Shown here one piece after another: positions 28,231 through 37,202 of a DNA stretch of 64,000 nt. The stretch comes from an uncultured Candidatus Competibacteraceae bacterium (GTDB lineage: Bacteria; Bacteroidota; Bacteroidia; CAIKAF01): assembly GCA_964624635.1 (NCBI GenBank), contig CAZUXM010000001.1, positions 25,307 through 89,306 on the forward strand, read 5' to 3'. The notes under the pieces are model-generated. The model was not told where the DNA came from, did no database searches, and saw nothing but the letters and a program-made list of their open reading frames with translations. A program made the position numbers and the translations under genes. Within the stretch, counting starts at the first letter, position 1, and each line of letters starts with the position of its first letter.

Positions 28231-29487
28231 TTACGTCTTCTGTTCTTTCTTCTTAGCAGCAGGGAAAAGTACATTGTTTAATATCAAACGATATCCTGCT
28301 GAGTTAGGATGTAAGGAAAGATCAGTAGGCTCGTCTCCTACACGATGTTGGTAATCTTCAGGGTCATGACCACCGTAAAAGGTCCAGAACCCTTTACCAT
28401 AAGTACCATGGATATACCTTACTTCATTCGCCTGTTTATTTTCTCCCATAATCACCACATTACTCTTGATGAGTTTTTTATTGAATGCGGTAGTTTGACC
28501 TAAAAACCCTTTAATCACACTTAAATGATTTTGAGTCAACATGGTGGGTATCTCATCACTTTTAGCGGAGAATTCAAACAAAGTAAAAAAGTCAAACTTC
28601 TGTTGCATCTGTCTACTCGCGGTCATATCAATATTAGAATATTCATATTCTGATGCGTTGACACTGATGATAAAATCTTTGAACGCAAAACAGTTGTTAT
28701 AATTCAATTTACTTTGGGCCTGCGGATCCATGGGATCTCCGTCAAATGGAGTATCACAAATATCAATACCATCAGCAGCTAAAGAAATATCATAACTATC
28801 CGTGGCACTACACATAGCAAATAAATATCCTCCACCTGAAACGTAATCACGTATTTTTTTAGAAACAGCTCGTTTTAATTCAGATACTTTGGCGAATCCT
28901 AATTTTTTCGCCAATATTTCTGATGAACGAACTTGCTCCTGATACCAACTGGCATTTTTATAAGCACTCCAAAACTTTCCATATTGCCCTGTAAAGTCTT
29001 CATGATGTAAGTGCAGCCAATTGTAAGTGGGTAATAAACCACCAATTACTTCTTCATCATACAATGTATCATAAGGAATTTTGGAATAGGTAAGTACCAT
29101 GGTAACGGCATCATCCCAAGGTTGCATTCCCGGAGGAGAGTATACCGCAATCTTAGGGGCTTTCTCCAATTTCATGGGATTCTGATTTACATCCGGATCA
29201 GATAATTGAGTAATTAATGCGGTACTTTGAACATCAGTAATCAAATTATACGAAACATTTCGGGCCAACATGAGGTCTTCATATTCGCTACGATATTTGA
29301 ACATAAATGCTCCGCCTTTAAAATTGAGCATCCAATACATTTCATCATTGGCATTCAAAACTTCATACGCTACCCCATAGGCTCTCAAGTGATCTGTTTG
29401 AGTATCATCCATAGGGATAAAAACATAATTAGCCTGTACTGAACCCAGCGAAAAAACTATCAGAAGTAAGGTAATAATCTTCTTCAT
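28231..29487 (-). CDS. conserved secreted protein of unknown function
   Basis: Signal peptide from the ATG at 29487 (MKKIITLLLIVFSLGSVQA). Lacks the AsnB hallmarks (N-terminal Cys2, SGGxDS). I recall this family being auto-annotated as asparagine synthetase B. Confidence 0.65.
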   Translation of the reverse strand: MKKIITLLLIVFSLGSVQANYVFIPMDDTQTDHLRAYGVAYEVLNANDEMYWMLNFKGGAFMFKYRSEYEDLMLARNVSYNLITDVQSTALITQLSDPDVNQNPMKLEKAPKIAVYSPPGMQPWDDAVTMVLTYSKIPYDTLYDEEVIGGLLPTYNWLHLHHEDFTGQYGKFWSAYKNASWYQEQVRSSEILAKKLGFAKVSELKRAVSKKIRDYVSGGGYLFAMCSATDSYDISLAADGIDICDTPFDGDPMDPQAQSKLNYNNCFAFKDFIISVNASEYEYSNIDMTASRQMQQKFDFFTLFEFSAKSDEIPTMLTQNHLSVIKGFLGQTTAFNKKLIKSNVVIMGENKQANEVRYIHGTYGKGFWTFYGGHDPEDYQHRVGDEPTDLSLHPNSAGYRLILNNVLFPAAKKKEQKT

Positions 29488-29545
29488 ACGTCGAATATAC
29501 AACAAATATAACGGGATTAGCCGGGTTTTGTTTTAAGAAGGTTGC

Positions 29546-31093
29546 CTAGAATGGGACCTCATCATCATCATTCATCTTACTTTGAATGGTAATTGTTTTT
29601 GGAGGTACTACACCTTTATCCATCTCAACACCTACTTCAGGATCTTCAGGAGCTCCATATTTACGTACATAATTAGATACCACCGGTGGCTCATCAAGGT
29701 TATAGAATTTGGTTTGCTCAGCAATGAATCCAAGATTGATATCACGTAAAGCTCCGTGACGATTTTTAGCAATGATTAACTGAGCCATCCCCAGCAATGA
29801 ATTTCCGTCCGAATCCTGTGTGATTTTATAATATTCAGGACGGTATAGGAATGTTACCATATCTGCATCCTGTTCTATAGCACCTGATTCCCGTAGGTGT
29901 GAAAGCAATGGTTTTTTATCTGTACTCTCTTCTACTTTACGACTTAGCTGCGCTAAGGCGATGATGGGTATTTTTAATTCTTTAGAAATAGCTTTTAATG
30001 ATCTGGAAATATTCGAAATCTCTTGTTCACGAATACCTCCTTTGGCTTCGTTATTTCCTTTCATTAATTGTAAATAATCAATCAAAATGAGTCCAATATC
30101 ATTTTGTTGTTTCATACGACGGGCAATTGAACGGAACTCCATAATTGAAAGACCCGGAGTATCGTTAATGAATATTGGGGCATCAGACAATGCCTGAATG
30201 TTATGGTGAAGCTGGTTCCAATCATCTTCATTCAGTTTTCCTTTACGAAGTTTATCAGATTCTAATCCTGTTTCCATGGATATCATCCTGTTCACCAATT
30301 CCACCGCCTCCATCTCTAAGGAGAAAATGGCTACCGGTTTTTTATAATCGATGGCAGCATTACGTGCTAATGCTAAGGCAAAAGCTGTTTTTCCCATACC
30401 GGGACGTGCTGCAACAATTATCAGGTTGGATGGTTGCCAACCTCCTGTTACTTCATCTAATTCATGAAATCCGGAAGGAACTCCAGAATTTTTTTCATCC
30501 CCGTCTTTATTTTCAATCCCTTGAATGGCTTCATGTAACAAGTCACTCATTTTGGTATTGGCTTTATTCAAATTCCCTTGAGAAATATCGAACAAATTTT
30601 GTTCAGCAAAATCAAGCAAGTTAAACACATCGGTACTTTCTTCAAATGCTTTATTAGTTACTTCAGAAGAAAGTCTGATTAATTCACGTTTAATAAACTT
30701 CTCTTGTAATATCCGAACGTGATATTCTATATTGGCAGCTGATCCAACCCTTGATGTAAGTTGTGCTATAAAATACGGCCCCCCAATCAGTTCAAGATCA
30801 CCCAAAGCTTTCAACTGATTCGTAACAGTTAAAATATCGATGGGTTCACCTTTTTTATTCAATTCATAAATTGCATTGTATACCTTTTGATGATTGGGCT
30901 TGTAAAACATTTCAGGTTTTAAAAGATCGTTCACCGCCGTAAATGCATCCTTCTCCAACATCAATGCACCCAAAACAGCCTCCTCCAGGTCAGTAGCCTG
31001 TGGTGGTAATTTACCATAATCAATACCGGTAAGTGGCTGAACCACTTTTTTGGTAGTGATGTTCTTATCTAATATTTGGCGTATATCATCCAT
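29546..31093 (-). CDS. dnaB: replicative DNA helicase
   Basis: Walker A GMGKT (ARPGMGKTAF), SLEM, IDYLQL and RHG motifs. 515 aa. Confidence 0.95.
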   Translation of the reverse strand: MDDIRQILDKNITTKKVVQPLTGIDYGKLPPQATDLEEAVLGALMLEKDAFTAVNDLLKPEMFYKPNHQKVYNAIYELNKKGEPIDILTVTNQLKALGDLELIGGPYFIAQLTSRVGSAANIEYHVRILQEKFIKRELIRLSSEVTNKAFEESTDVFNLLDFAEQNLFDISQGNLNKANTKMSDLLHEAIQGIENKDGDEKNSGVPSGFHELDEVTGGWQPSNLIIVAARPGMGKTAFALALARNAAIDYKKPVAIFSLEMEAVELVNRMISMETGLESDKLRKGKLNEDDWNQLHHNIQALSDAPIFINDTPGLSIMEFRSIARRMKQQNDIGLILIDYLQLMKGNNEAKGGIREQEISNISRSLKAISKELKIPIIALAQLSRKVEESTDKKPLLSHLRESGAIEQDADMVTFLYRPEYYKITQDSDGNSLLGMAQLIIAKNRHGALRDINLGFIAEQTKFYNLDEPPVVSNYVRKYGAPEDPEVGVEMDKGVVPPKTITIQSKMNDDDEVPF

Positions 31094-31103
31094 GTTGGGG
31101 GTG

Positions 31104-31111
31104 CAAATTTA
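31104..31111 (-). promoter_or_regulatory. -7 box TAAATTTG upstream of dnaB
   Basis: Exact TAnnTTTG on the minus strand, 10 nt upstream of the ATG at 31093. Confidence 0.45.
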
Positions 31112-31270
31112 TAGTTGTAATGAGAAAAAAAATTTTAGGTTATTAACGGTATTCACAGGAACTATGTCAACAAATACCTTATAAATCAAAAAAATTAATC
31201 TCAAAAACTATACATAACTAACTATTTATCTGTGTATTACAAACACAAGCTTTAACCTCTGCTACTTTCA

Positions 31271-31294
31271 TGTGAAACGTATTAATGTTTCACA
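31271..31294. promoter_or_regulatory. perfect inverted repeat TGTGAAAC-N8-GTTTCACA in the dnaB / biotin-carrier divergent region
   Basis: Read directly: tgtgaaacgtattaatgtttcaca. The half-site ACGTTTCACA recurs at 37234-37243 (tCGTTTCACA) and 40226-40235. Confidence 0.5.
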
Positions 31295-31388
31295 TTGTGT
31301 TTGCAAATCAGAAAAAGCAGGGGTTTTAATTACATTCCTACTAATAACACTAAATTTACGGCAGAATTATAAGAAAGGCTAGAAATAA

Positions 31389-31895
31389 ATGTATAAGGTA
31401 TCAACAGAAAACGGTGAATATAATATTGGTTTTAATAACCATGATACCAGAAAGCCGTTGATAAACTCCGTTAACTCGGGGTATGAGATAGAGGGTAATT
31501 CTATGGATGGCTTTACTATTACTAAAAATGGTAAAACTTATAAGGCAGACTTGTTAAAAGTTGATTATAAAGAAAAAACGTTTTTAGTTAAAGTTGATGG
31601 TAAAAGGGTCAACGTAAAAGTGCAAGATCGTTTTGACCTGTTATTATCAAAACTTGGGATGAGTGGATTGGGGTCGAAAAAAATCAATCAACTTAAATCA
31701 CCTATGCCGGGTTTGATATTAGATATTTTAGTTACTCCCGGGCAACTCATAAAAGCCGGTGAAACCATTCTTATATTAGAAGCCATGAAAATGGAAAACA
31801 TCATTAAGGCTCCGGCAGATGTTACTGTAAAAAACATAAAGATTACCAAAGGAAAAGCCGTTGAAAAAAATGAGCTACTGGTAGAATTTGAATAA
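31389..31895 (+). CDS. biotin/lipoyl-attachment (biotin carboxyl carrier-like) protein
   Basis: C-terminal SPMPG...LEAMKMEN biotinyl-lysine motif. 168 aa. Confidence 0.8.
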   Translation: MYKVSTENGEYNIGFNNHDTRKPLINSVNSGYEIEGNSMDGFTITKNGKTYKADLLKVDYKEKTFLVKVDGKRVNVKVQDRFDLLLSKLGMSGLGSKKINQLKSPMPGLILDILVTPGQLIKAGETILILEAMKMENIIKAPADVTVKNIKITKGKAVEKNELLVEFE

Positions 31896-31961
31896 TTGTT
31901 AATTGAAAAATTTAGAAAATTCAAAGATTTGGAAAATTAGTTACTGTTATTTCTTTTCTTT

Positions 31962-32009
31962 ATTTTTTAATCTTCTAAATTTTCGTCATTTTTTAATCTT
32001 CTAAATTTT
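31962..32009. repeat. two copies of a 22-nt direct repeat (attttttaatcttctaaatttt), period 26 nt, ending 4 nt before the thioesterase ATG
   Basis: Copies at 31962-31983 and 31988-32009 are identical. Confidence 0.8.
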
Positions 32010-32013
32010 TTTT

Positions 32014-32433
32014 ATGAATCAATCTGTTGAGTTTTACAAACAATATATAGGTCAAAAAATTACCACTGCACCATCAGCCTTCGGAAACTGGCTAGCTGGT
32101 AAAATATTGAAAGTAGAAGAAGATAGTTTGTCTATCGAATTTGAAGTAAGAGACAACATGACCAATCCGGTAAAAATGTTACATGGGGGAATGATAGCTG
32201 CTATGATGGATGAAATTATTGGGATGACCATTTTTGTAAATGGTGAAAAAAACTTTTTCTATAGCATCAATCTCAATGTAGATTTTATCTCTAACGTAAA
32301 TGTTGGAACTAACGTAGTAGTTACTTCAAAGTTAATTAAGAAAAGTTCACGACTCATACAGGCTGAATGTTATATTTACGGACCCGGAGAAAAACTATTG
32401 GCTAAGGGTAGTAGTAATCTTATGTCAGCGTAA
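32014..32433 (+). CDS. PaaI-family hotdog-fold thioesterase
   Basis: 139 aa. N....LHGG..A...D motif (MLHGGMIAAMMDE). Confidence 0.8.
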   Translation: MNQSVEFYKQYIGQKITTAPSAFGNWLAGKILKVEEDSLSIEFEVRDNMTNPVKMLHGGMIAAMMDEIIGMTIFVNGEKNFFYSINLNVDFISNVNVGTNVVVTSKLIKKSSRLIQAECYIYGPGEKLLAKGSSNLMSA

Positions 32434-32459
32434 TTCCGTGAAATCCGTGGGAAGAAAAT

Positions 32460-33266
32460 CTAATCTCCTGCATTCACATACTCAAAGTCACTGCCATTTT
32501 GCCTCCACAGTACAGCTATCACTGTAATATTTGAAATATTCCAAACAGGATTACGATAAATTCCTCTTCTTATTTTGAATGATGTAGAAGAGGTAACCGG
32601 AAGCGTATTAATTTGGTCTCCAATTCCACTAGGACCGGAAGAAGCCCTTAATACATGTTTATGTGAATGTGAACCGGAAGCACCTACCTGAGGAGAAATA
32701 ATATTATTTTCTACAACATATGCTACAGCAAAATAGGAAGAGGGATCTTCCACATAAAACTTTCCATATAAAGTAACAATAATACTGTCTGTCGTGGTTG
32801 AAAAATCTACACTTATTCCTCCATTTGCCGTTTCAGCAGCTTCATTTGAAATTGCATTTAAAATAGCTGACTGAGTTAACAATGCAGATTCTTCTCCTAC
32901 ACCAAAATCCGGAAACCCGGTTACAGAATCTGCAGTAGCTATATCAATAGATGCCGGACTAAATAACGTATCTGTACCATTGGGATGTGCTGTAATAAAA
33001 TATGTGTTCGCAGGGTTGGTAGCCTTTACTTGTTCCAGTAAATTAAGTCCAAAAGTTCCGCATGTATTGTTATCCGAATCGTTAAAATAAAAACAAACTA
33101 CCTTTTTGTTTTGTGAAGGATAAGCACAATTACCGTCACTTTTAGTTGCATTAGGATTGTAATTCGGGGAATTGGGATCCGTACACCCTTCAACTGCCGT
33201 ATCACAACTAAAGTTGATAATTATCAGAAAAATAGCCCCGATTAAAAACAAAACTCGATTTTTCAT
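32460..33266 (-). CDS. lipoprotein, possibly Omp28-related
   Basis: Lipobox INFSC, 268 aa. The Omp28 resemblance is only from size and N-terminal layout. Start overlaps the stop of the upstream flippase-like gene by 1 nt. Confidence 0.55.
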   Translation of the reverse strand: MKNRVLFLIGAIFLIIINFSCDTAVEGCTDPNSPNYNPNATKSDGNCAYPSQNKKVVCFYFNDSDNNTCGTFGLNLLEQVKATNPANTYFITAHPNGTDTLFSPASIDIATADSVTGFPDFGVGEESALLTQSAILNAISNEAAETANGGISVDFSTTTDSIIVTLYGKFYVEDPSSYFAVAYVVENNIISPQVGASGSHSHKHVLRASSGPSGIGDQINTLPVTSSTSFKIRRGIYRNPVWNISNITVIAVLWRQNGSDFEYVNAGD

Positions 33267-34489
33267 TACTTGATAAGTTTTATTTTTTTACTAATTTGAT
33301 CCTGTTCATACAATATAGTAACGAGAAACATAAAAATCCATTGCCCTAAAATGCAACAATAAAGCCCTCCAATTAATCCAAAACTATTGATAAAAAATAT
33401 ACATGACGTAATCATTGCTATAGCCACTCCCCCGGCACACCTCGATAATAATCCGATGTTATTTTTATTATTAAAGTAAATAACCAGTGGAGTATATAAG
33501 GTTGATGGAAACGCAAATAATAATCCGGCTGCTAAAAACGAAGGGGTTACATTCAACATAAAAACATGTATACAAAGCAGGTATGATGCAAATACAGCTG
33601 TTGAATTAACTATCGTACCAATCAATAAAACCCTCATACGAAGAGAATTATCTACTTTGATTTTTGTTCTTTTATCTCTGTTATGGTAATATTTGGTTAT
33701 GAACCCGGGTAAACTAATTACAAAAACCAGGAAATTCATATAGATTTGATATAAAGCTTTATCTGCAGCTTCAAATTTTGTATAAATAAAAAACCTGTCA
33801 ATAGTAAGTATCAAAATCGTTGAGAATGAATAAATGAAAAAATTATAGGTAACTAAATACATTTCAAGATTGATCCTTTCTACCTTTCCTTTAATAAATA
33901 CTTTAAAGTTGAGTATAAGGTGTATTACACTTTTTACTATTTCTGATAGTCCAATAGCAAAAATGAGATAGATGAAGGTCATTTCATCAAGCTTATAAAA
34001 ATAATAAGCTACGCCTACCCCCAATCCGGTAAGATTGGCAACGATTGGTTTCCAGTCGTTTTTTTCATAAACATATAAGGTTTCAAAAGAGTGATTGATA
34101 TATTTCCCTGCAAAGAGAAGCATATATGAAATACAAATAATTGGGTCGTAAGGATAAAATGCTAAAAAAACAAGGAAGATTAATAATAATGGTAATCTCG
34201 AATAAAAACTTTCGACAAACGAATCATATACTTTATTGGGAAATGAGGTAAATCGTTTTTGTAAATATTGGCTAGAGCCCCACGAAAGAATAATTGTAGC
34301 AAGGGAAGCAAAAAACCATACATCAACAGCTTTACCCCAAAGTTCAATATCAACAGTATAAATGGCTAATAGAGGCCATATAGGAGCAAACAAAGGTCCT
34401 GTAAATGTTCGTACCGCCTCAAGAAAAACAGAAACAAACTTCTTTTGCGAATATAAAGACCTGTCCTGAGTAAACTCCATAGTGAACAC
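33266..34489 (-). CDS. polytopic membrane protein, MOP/Wzx-like flippase candidate
   Basis: About 12 TM segments across ~400 aa with a composition typical of oligosaccharide flippases. Start is either GTG 34489 or ATG 34480, 3 nt after the methyltransferase stop. Confidence 0.6.
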   Translation of the reverse strand: MFTMEFTQDRSLYSQKKFVSVFLEAVRTFTGPLFAPIWPLLAIYTVDIELWGKAVDVWFFASLATIILSWGSSQYLQKRFTSFPNKVYDSFVESFYSRLPLLLIFLVFLAFYPYDPIICISYMLLFAGKYINHSFETLYVYEKNDWKPIVANLTGLGVGVAYYFYKLDEMTFIYLIFAIGLSEIVKSVIHLILNFKVFIKGKVERINLEMYLVTYNFFIYSFSTILILTIDRFFIYTKFEAADKALYQIYMNFLVFVISLPGFITKYYHNRDKRTKIKVDNSLRMRVLLIGTIVNSTAVFASYLLCIHVFMLNVTPSFLAAGLLFAFPSTLYTPLVIYFNNKNNIGLLSRCAGGVAIAMITSCIFFINSFGLIGGLYCCILGQWIFMFLVTILYEQDQISKKIKLIK

Positions 34490-34492
34490 AAG

Positions 34493-35170
34493 TTACAAAT
34501 TATCTTCCATACTAAAACACAGAATATGTGATTTTTCAAGCAGGTGACGATAAGTAGCCATCATTTTGGAGGTGAAGAAGTATTTTTGAGCAGTTTTTTT
34601 AATATAATCTATATCACAATCGCTGGAAAGAACCATATAAATGCAACCTTTATCACCTAACCTTGATACACATTGCTTAAAGAACCTGTCAAAATATTCC
34701 AATTCTTTACCTGCATACCATGCATAATCTTCAATACCTGAAGGTTCACCGGGATAAAAGGGCGGATTGTTAAGGATTATATCAAATGATTTTTTTTCAA
34801 CTGATTCAAACAAATCAGATTCAACAGCCGAAAGATGAACGCTATTATTTTTTGCATTCAATAAAGTGGTTGTTATTGCTAATGGATTAATATCACAACA
34901 ATATACCTGTGCCCCTTTTTTCTGAGCATAAATACTTACTGCACCGGATCCACATCCAACTTCCATCAGTTTTACTCCAGTTAGTTCAAGCTTACTTAAA
35001 AAACGGCACATTGACTTGGTACTAAAAAATAATGTTGGATGAAAAACACCCGAAGGAATATCCAGATGCATACCGAATAGCTTTGCTTTTCTTGGTTGCT
35101 GTAAATAATTTTTGGTTACAGGAACCAAAAATTTACTCAGGAGTCTCCTACCTACACTTCTTGTTTTCAT
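34493..35170 (-). CDS. class I SAM-dependent methyltransferase, 'small domain' NPPF type (HemK/RsmC-like)
   Basis: EVGCGSGAVS SAM motif I and ILNNPPFY motif IV. 4-nt overlap (ATGA) with the radical SAM gene. Confidence 0.8.
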   Translation of the reverse strand: MKTRSVGRRLLSKFLVPVTKNYLQQPRKAKLFGMHLDIPSGVFHPTLFFSTKSMCRFLSKLELTGVKLMEVGCGSGAVSIYAQKKGAQVYCCDINPLAITTTLLNAKNNSVHLSAVESDLFESVEKKSFDIILNNPPFYPGEPSGIEDYAWYAGKELEYFDRFFKQCVSRLGDKGCIYMVLSSDCDIDYIKKTAQKYFFTSKMMATYRHLLEKSHILCFSMEDNL

Positions 35171-36678
35171 TCACTATAAAAACCTTCAATTTCCGGTTGA
35201 CGGTATTTCCATATTTTTTGTAACACTTTTATTTCATATGGGGCTGAATAAGCCCCCAATTTATATCTGGCTGATGAAACAAGTTTAATGGTTTGCCTTT
35301 TTAATTTGCTCAGTCTAAGATCTGAAACTGTTGGATAATATCCATTTAAAACAGTTTCAAAGTTTTTGATTTTATCAATCATATATGGTTTTAACCACGG
35401 AGTCATAGGATTTTTTCTTAGATCGAAATTCGCCCATGTATCATTGATCCAATCATCCAGTTTTTCAGGGAACTTAAATCCTGTTGCTTTTACCTGTTCA
35501 TATAATTCTGATCCTTCTACAGGAACCGGACTATATACGTATATAATTATTTCTGCCAGGGGATTAATTGATTTTATCTCTTTTATGAATTGAATGTCTT
35601 CGTTGATTTGATTATTTACCTGTTGTTCGGTACCAACGGGTGTACCTAATACAAACGACATTTCAGGAATAATATCAAACTTGGCCATCCGTTCAGCAAA
35701 TCGTTTTATCTGCTCTCCGCTTTGAGTCCCGCCCTTATCCATCTGTTTTAAAATTTCATCATTACCTGTTTCAGCCCCCAGAAAAATCATTTTACAGCCT
35801 GCATCACGCATTATTTTCAGGCTATCGTCTTTATACTTATCAATGGTATCAATTCGGCCTTCACCCCACCATATCATATCATCATTTTTAATCAAATTCG
35901 AAAATTCCACCGTACGTTTTTCACTTACAAAAAAATTATTGTCATGAAACTCTATAGCATTACCTCCAAATTCGTTTTTGAGAAATAAAATATCAGAATA
36001 AATTTTTTGAGCCGATTTTCCTTTCCAACGTGCATTATATATAGGGACTACTGCACAAAAAGAACAAGTAAACGGGCACCCGAAACTACTATGATAAGCG
36101 ATAGTTTTTGTACCCAGATAAGTTTTACCTAAATAGTTTTTAATTGGGTAAAATTGGTTGAGTTTATGATAAGGGAAAGGGGGTAATTGGTCCTGATCAT
36201 AAATTCCATCCTTTTTAGTAAATACAAGTTCCTCGTTTTTCTTGAAAATAAGGTTGGGAATATCATCTAAATGAGAATCGTTCCATTCAATTTTTTGTAA
36301 CAATGCAGGAAAACAAACATCGCCGGGTCCGTTAATGATATAATCAACATATCCTGAATGAAGAACCGGTTTTGGCTGGTTAGAAGGGAAATAACCACCC
36401 CAAATAATCTTCACACCCGGATAGGTTTCTCTTATTTTTTTTGAAACTGGAATGGCTTGCTTAAGCTGGGGATCAGGCATGGCTGTTATTCCTATACAAA
36501 AAATCTTCTCTCTACTTATCAGATCCATGATTTTAGGTAATGGATCCTTTTCCAAGTTACCATCAACTATCCAATAATCGTATTTACCCTCAATACTGGC
36601 AGCCACCTGTAATACCGAATTAGGGATTCGTGGTTTTGAGTTGGCACTTCTTGGGTTAAATAATATGACTCCTGACAT
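35167..36678 (-). CDS. B12-binding-domain radical SAM enzyme
   Basis: N-terminal Rossmann-like B12-binding region (CIGITAM..., IIWGG). CPFTCSFC CxxxCxxC cluster encoded at 36055-36078. 503 aa. Confidence 0.9.
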   Translation of the reverse strand: MSGVILFNPRSANSKPRIPNSVLQVAASIEGKYDYWIVDGNLEKDPLPKIMDLISREKIFCIGITAMPDPQLKQAIPVSKKIRETYPGVKIIWGGYFPSNQPKPVLHSGYVDYIINGPGDVCFPALLQKIEWNDSHLDDIPNLIFKKNEELVFTKKDGIYDQDQLPPFPYHKLNQFYPIKNYLGKTYLGTKTIAYHSSFGCPFTCSFCAVVPIYNARWKGKSAQKIYSDILFLKNEFGGNAIEFHDNNFFVSEKRTVEFSNLIKNDDMIWWGEGRIDTIDKYKDDSLKIMRDAGCKMIFLGAETGNDEILKQMDKGGTQSGEQIKRFAERMAKFDIIPEMSFVLGTPVGTEQQVNNQINEDIQFIKEIKSINPLAEIIIYVYSPVPVEGSELYEQVKATGFKFPEKLDDWINDTWANFDLRKNPMTPWLKPYMIDKIKNFETVLNGYYPTVSDLRLSKLKRQTIKLVSSARYKLGAYSAPYEIKVLQKIWKYRQPEIEGFYSE

Positions 36679-36728
36679 TGGGTATTGAAGAATGATTATG
36701 CTGCTGATATCAGGTAAATATACAAAGT

Positions 36729-37202
36729 TTATACATCTTTGGTTTGATGAGGCTTCACCGACACCTTTTGTGAATCAGCTTTTTTCCTTTTCACCCCTCT
36801 AAATATTAAAACTACCAGCATAATAAGCGAAAATCCTACCAATAAAATACTTACCAATGGCTTATGATACAGCCACACAAACGAAATACACAACAACGAT
36901 ACAATGCTCCCGGTAAGAATAGCTCCTATATATATTCCGGCTCTTATCTCATTATAGGTAAGGGGTATTTTCATCATGAATAGCTTTGCTGCCGAAAATA
37001 TCCTGTATAAACAAAATACAATAAAAAAAATCGAACCTATACGAACCACCCAGTATAATAGTGGCTGTTCCCAACCATTCATTAATGGTTGATGCGCAAT
37101 TGCCTTGTTCTCGTTATACATCAATAATACGGGTCCCAATGGTAGTAATAATATCCCTGTGATGATTCTTAAAATCTGGTTTTTGGTCCTTCGGCTGAGC
37201 AT
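36729..37202 (-). CDS. small integral membrane protein (157 aa, ~4 TM)
   Basis: Hydrophobic ORF 50 nt upstream of the radical SAM gene on the same strand, with a basic C-terminal tail. Confidence 0.55.
   Translation of the reverse strand: MLSRRTKNQILRIITGILLLPLGPVLLMYNENKAIAHQPLMNGWEQPLLYWVVRIGSIFFIVFCLYRIFSAAKLFMMKIPLTYNEIRAGIYIGAILTGSIVSLLCISFVWLYHKPLVSILLVGFSLIMLVVLIFRGVKRKKADSQKVSVKPHQTKDV

Noticed and set aside
30175-30624. 149-aa plus-strand ORF antisense to dnaB. Similar antisense ORFs include 6920..7306 in aroA, 4858..5100, 5368..5562 and 6367..6648 in the M13 peptidase, 16078..16368 in frr, 44091..44687 in the epimerase, and many inside the PKS and ELW genes.
   Set aside because: Each lies entirely inside a longer ORF on the opposite strand that has strong family motifs. 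Their sequences are low-complexity or hydrophobic junk with no motifs. They are treated as shadow ORFs.
31094-31388. Replication origin next to dnaB.
   Set aside because: No cluster of DnaA boxes (TTATCCACA or its complement) is present. The only near match, ttatctgtg, is not a DnaA box. dnaB is also not a reliable oriC marker.
31962-32009. Possible CRISPR array or minisatellite.
   Set aside because: Only two copies of a 22-nt AT-rich repeat with a 4-nt spacer. There are no spacers of phage-like length and no cas genes anywhere in the window.
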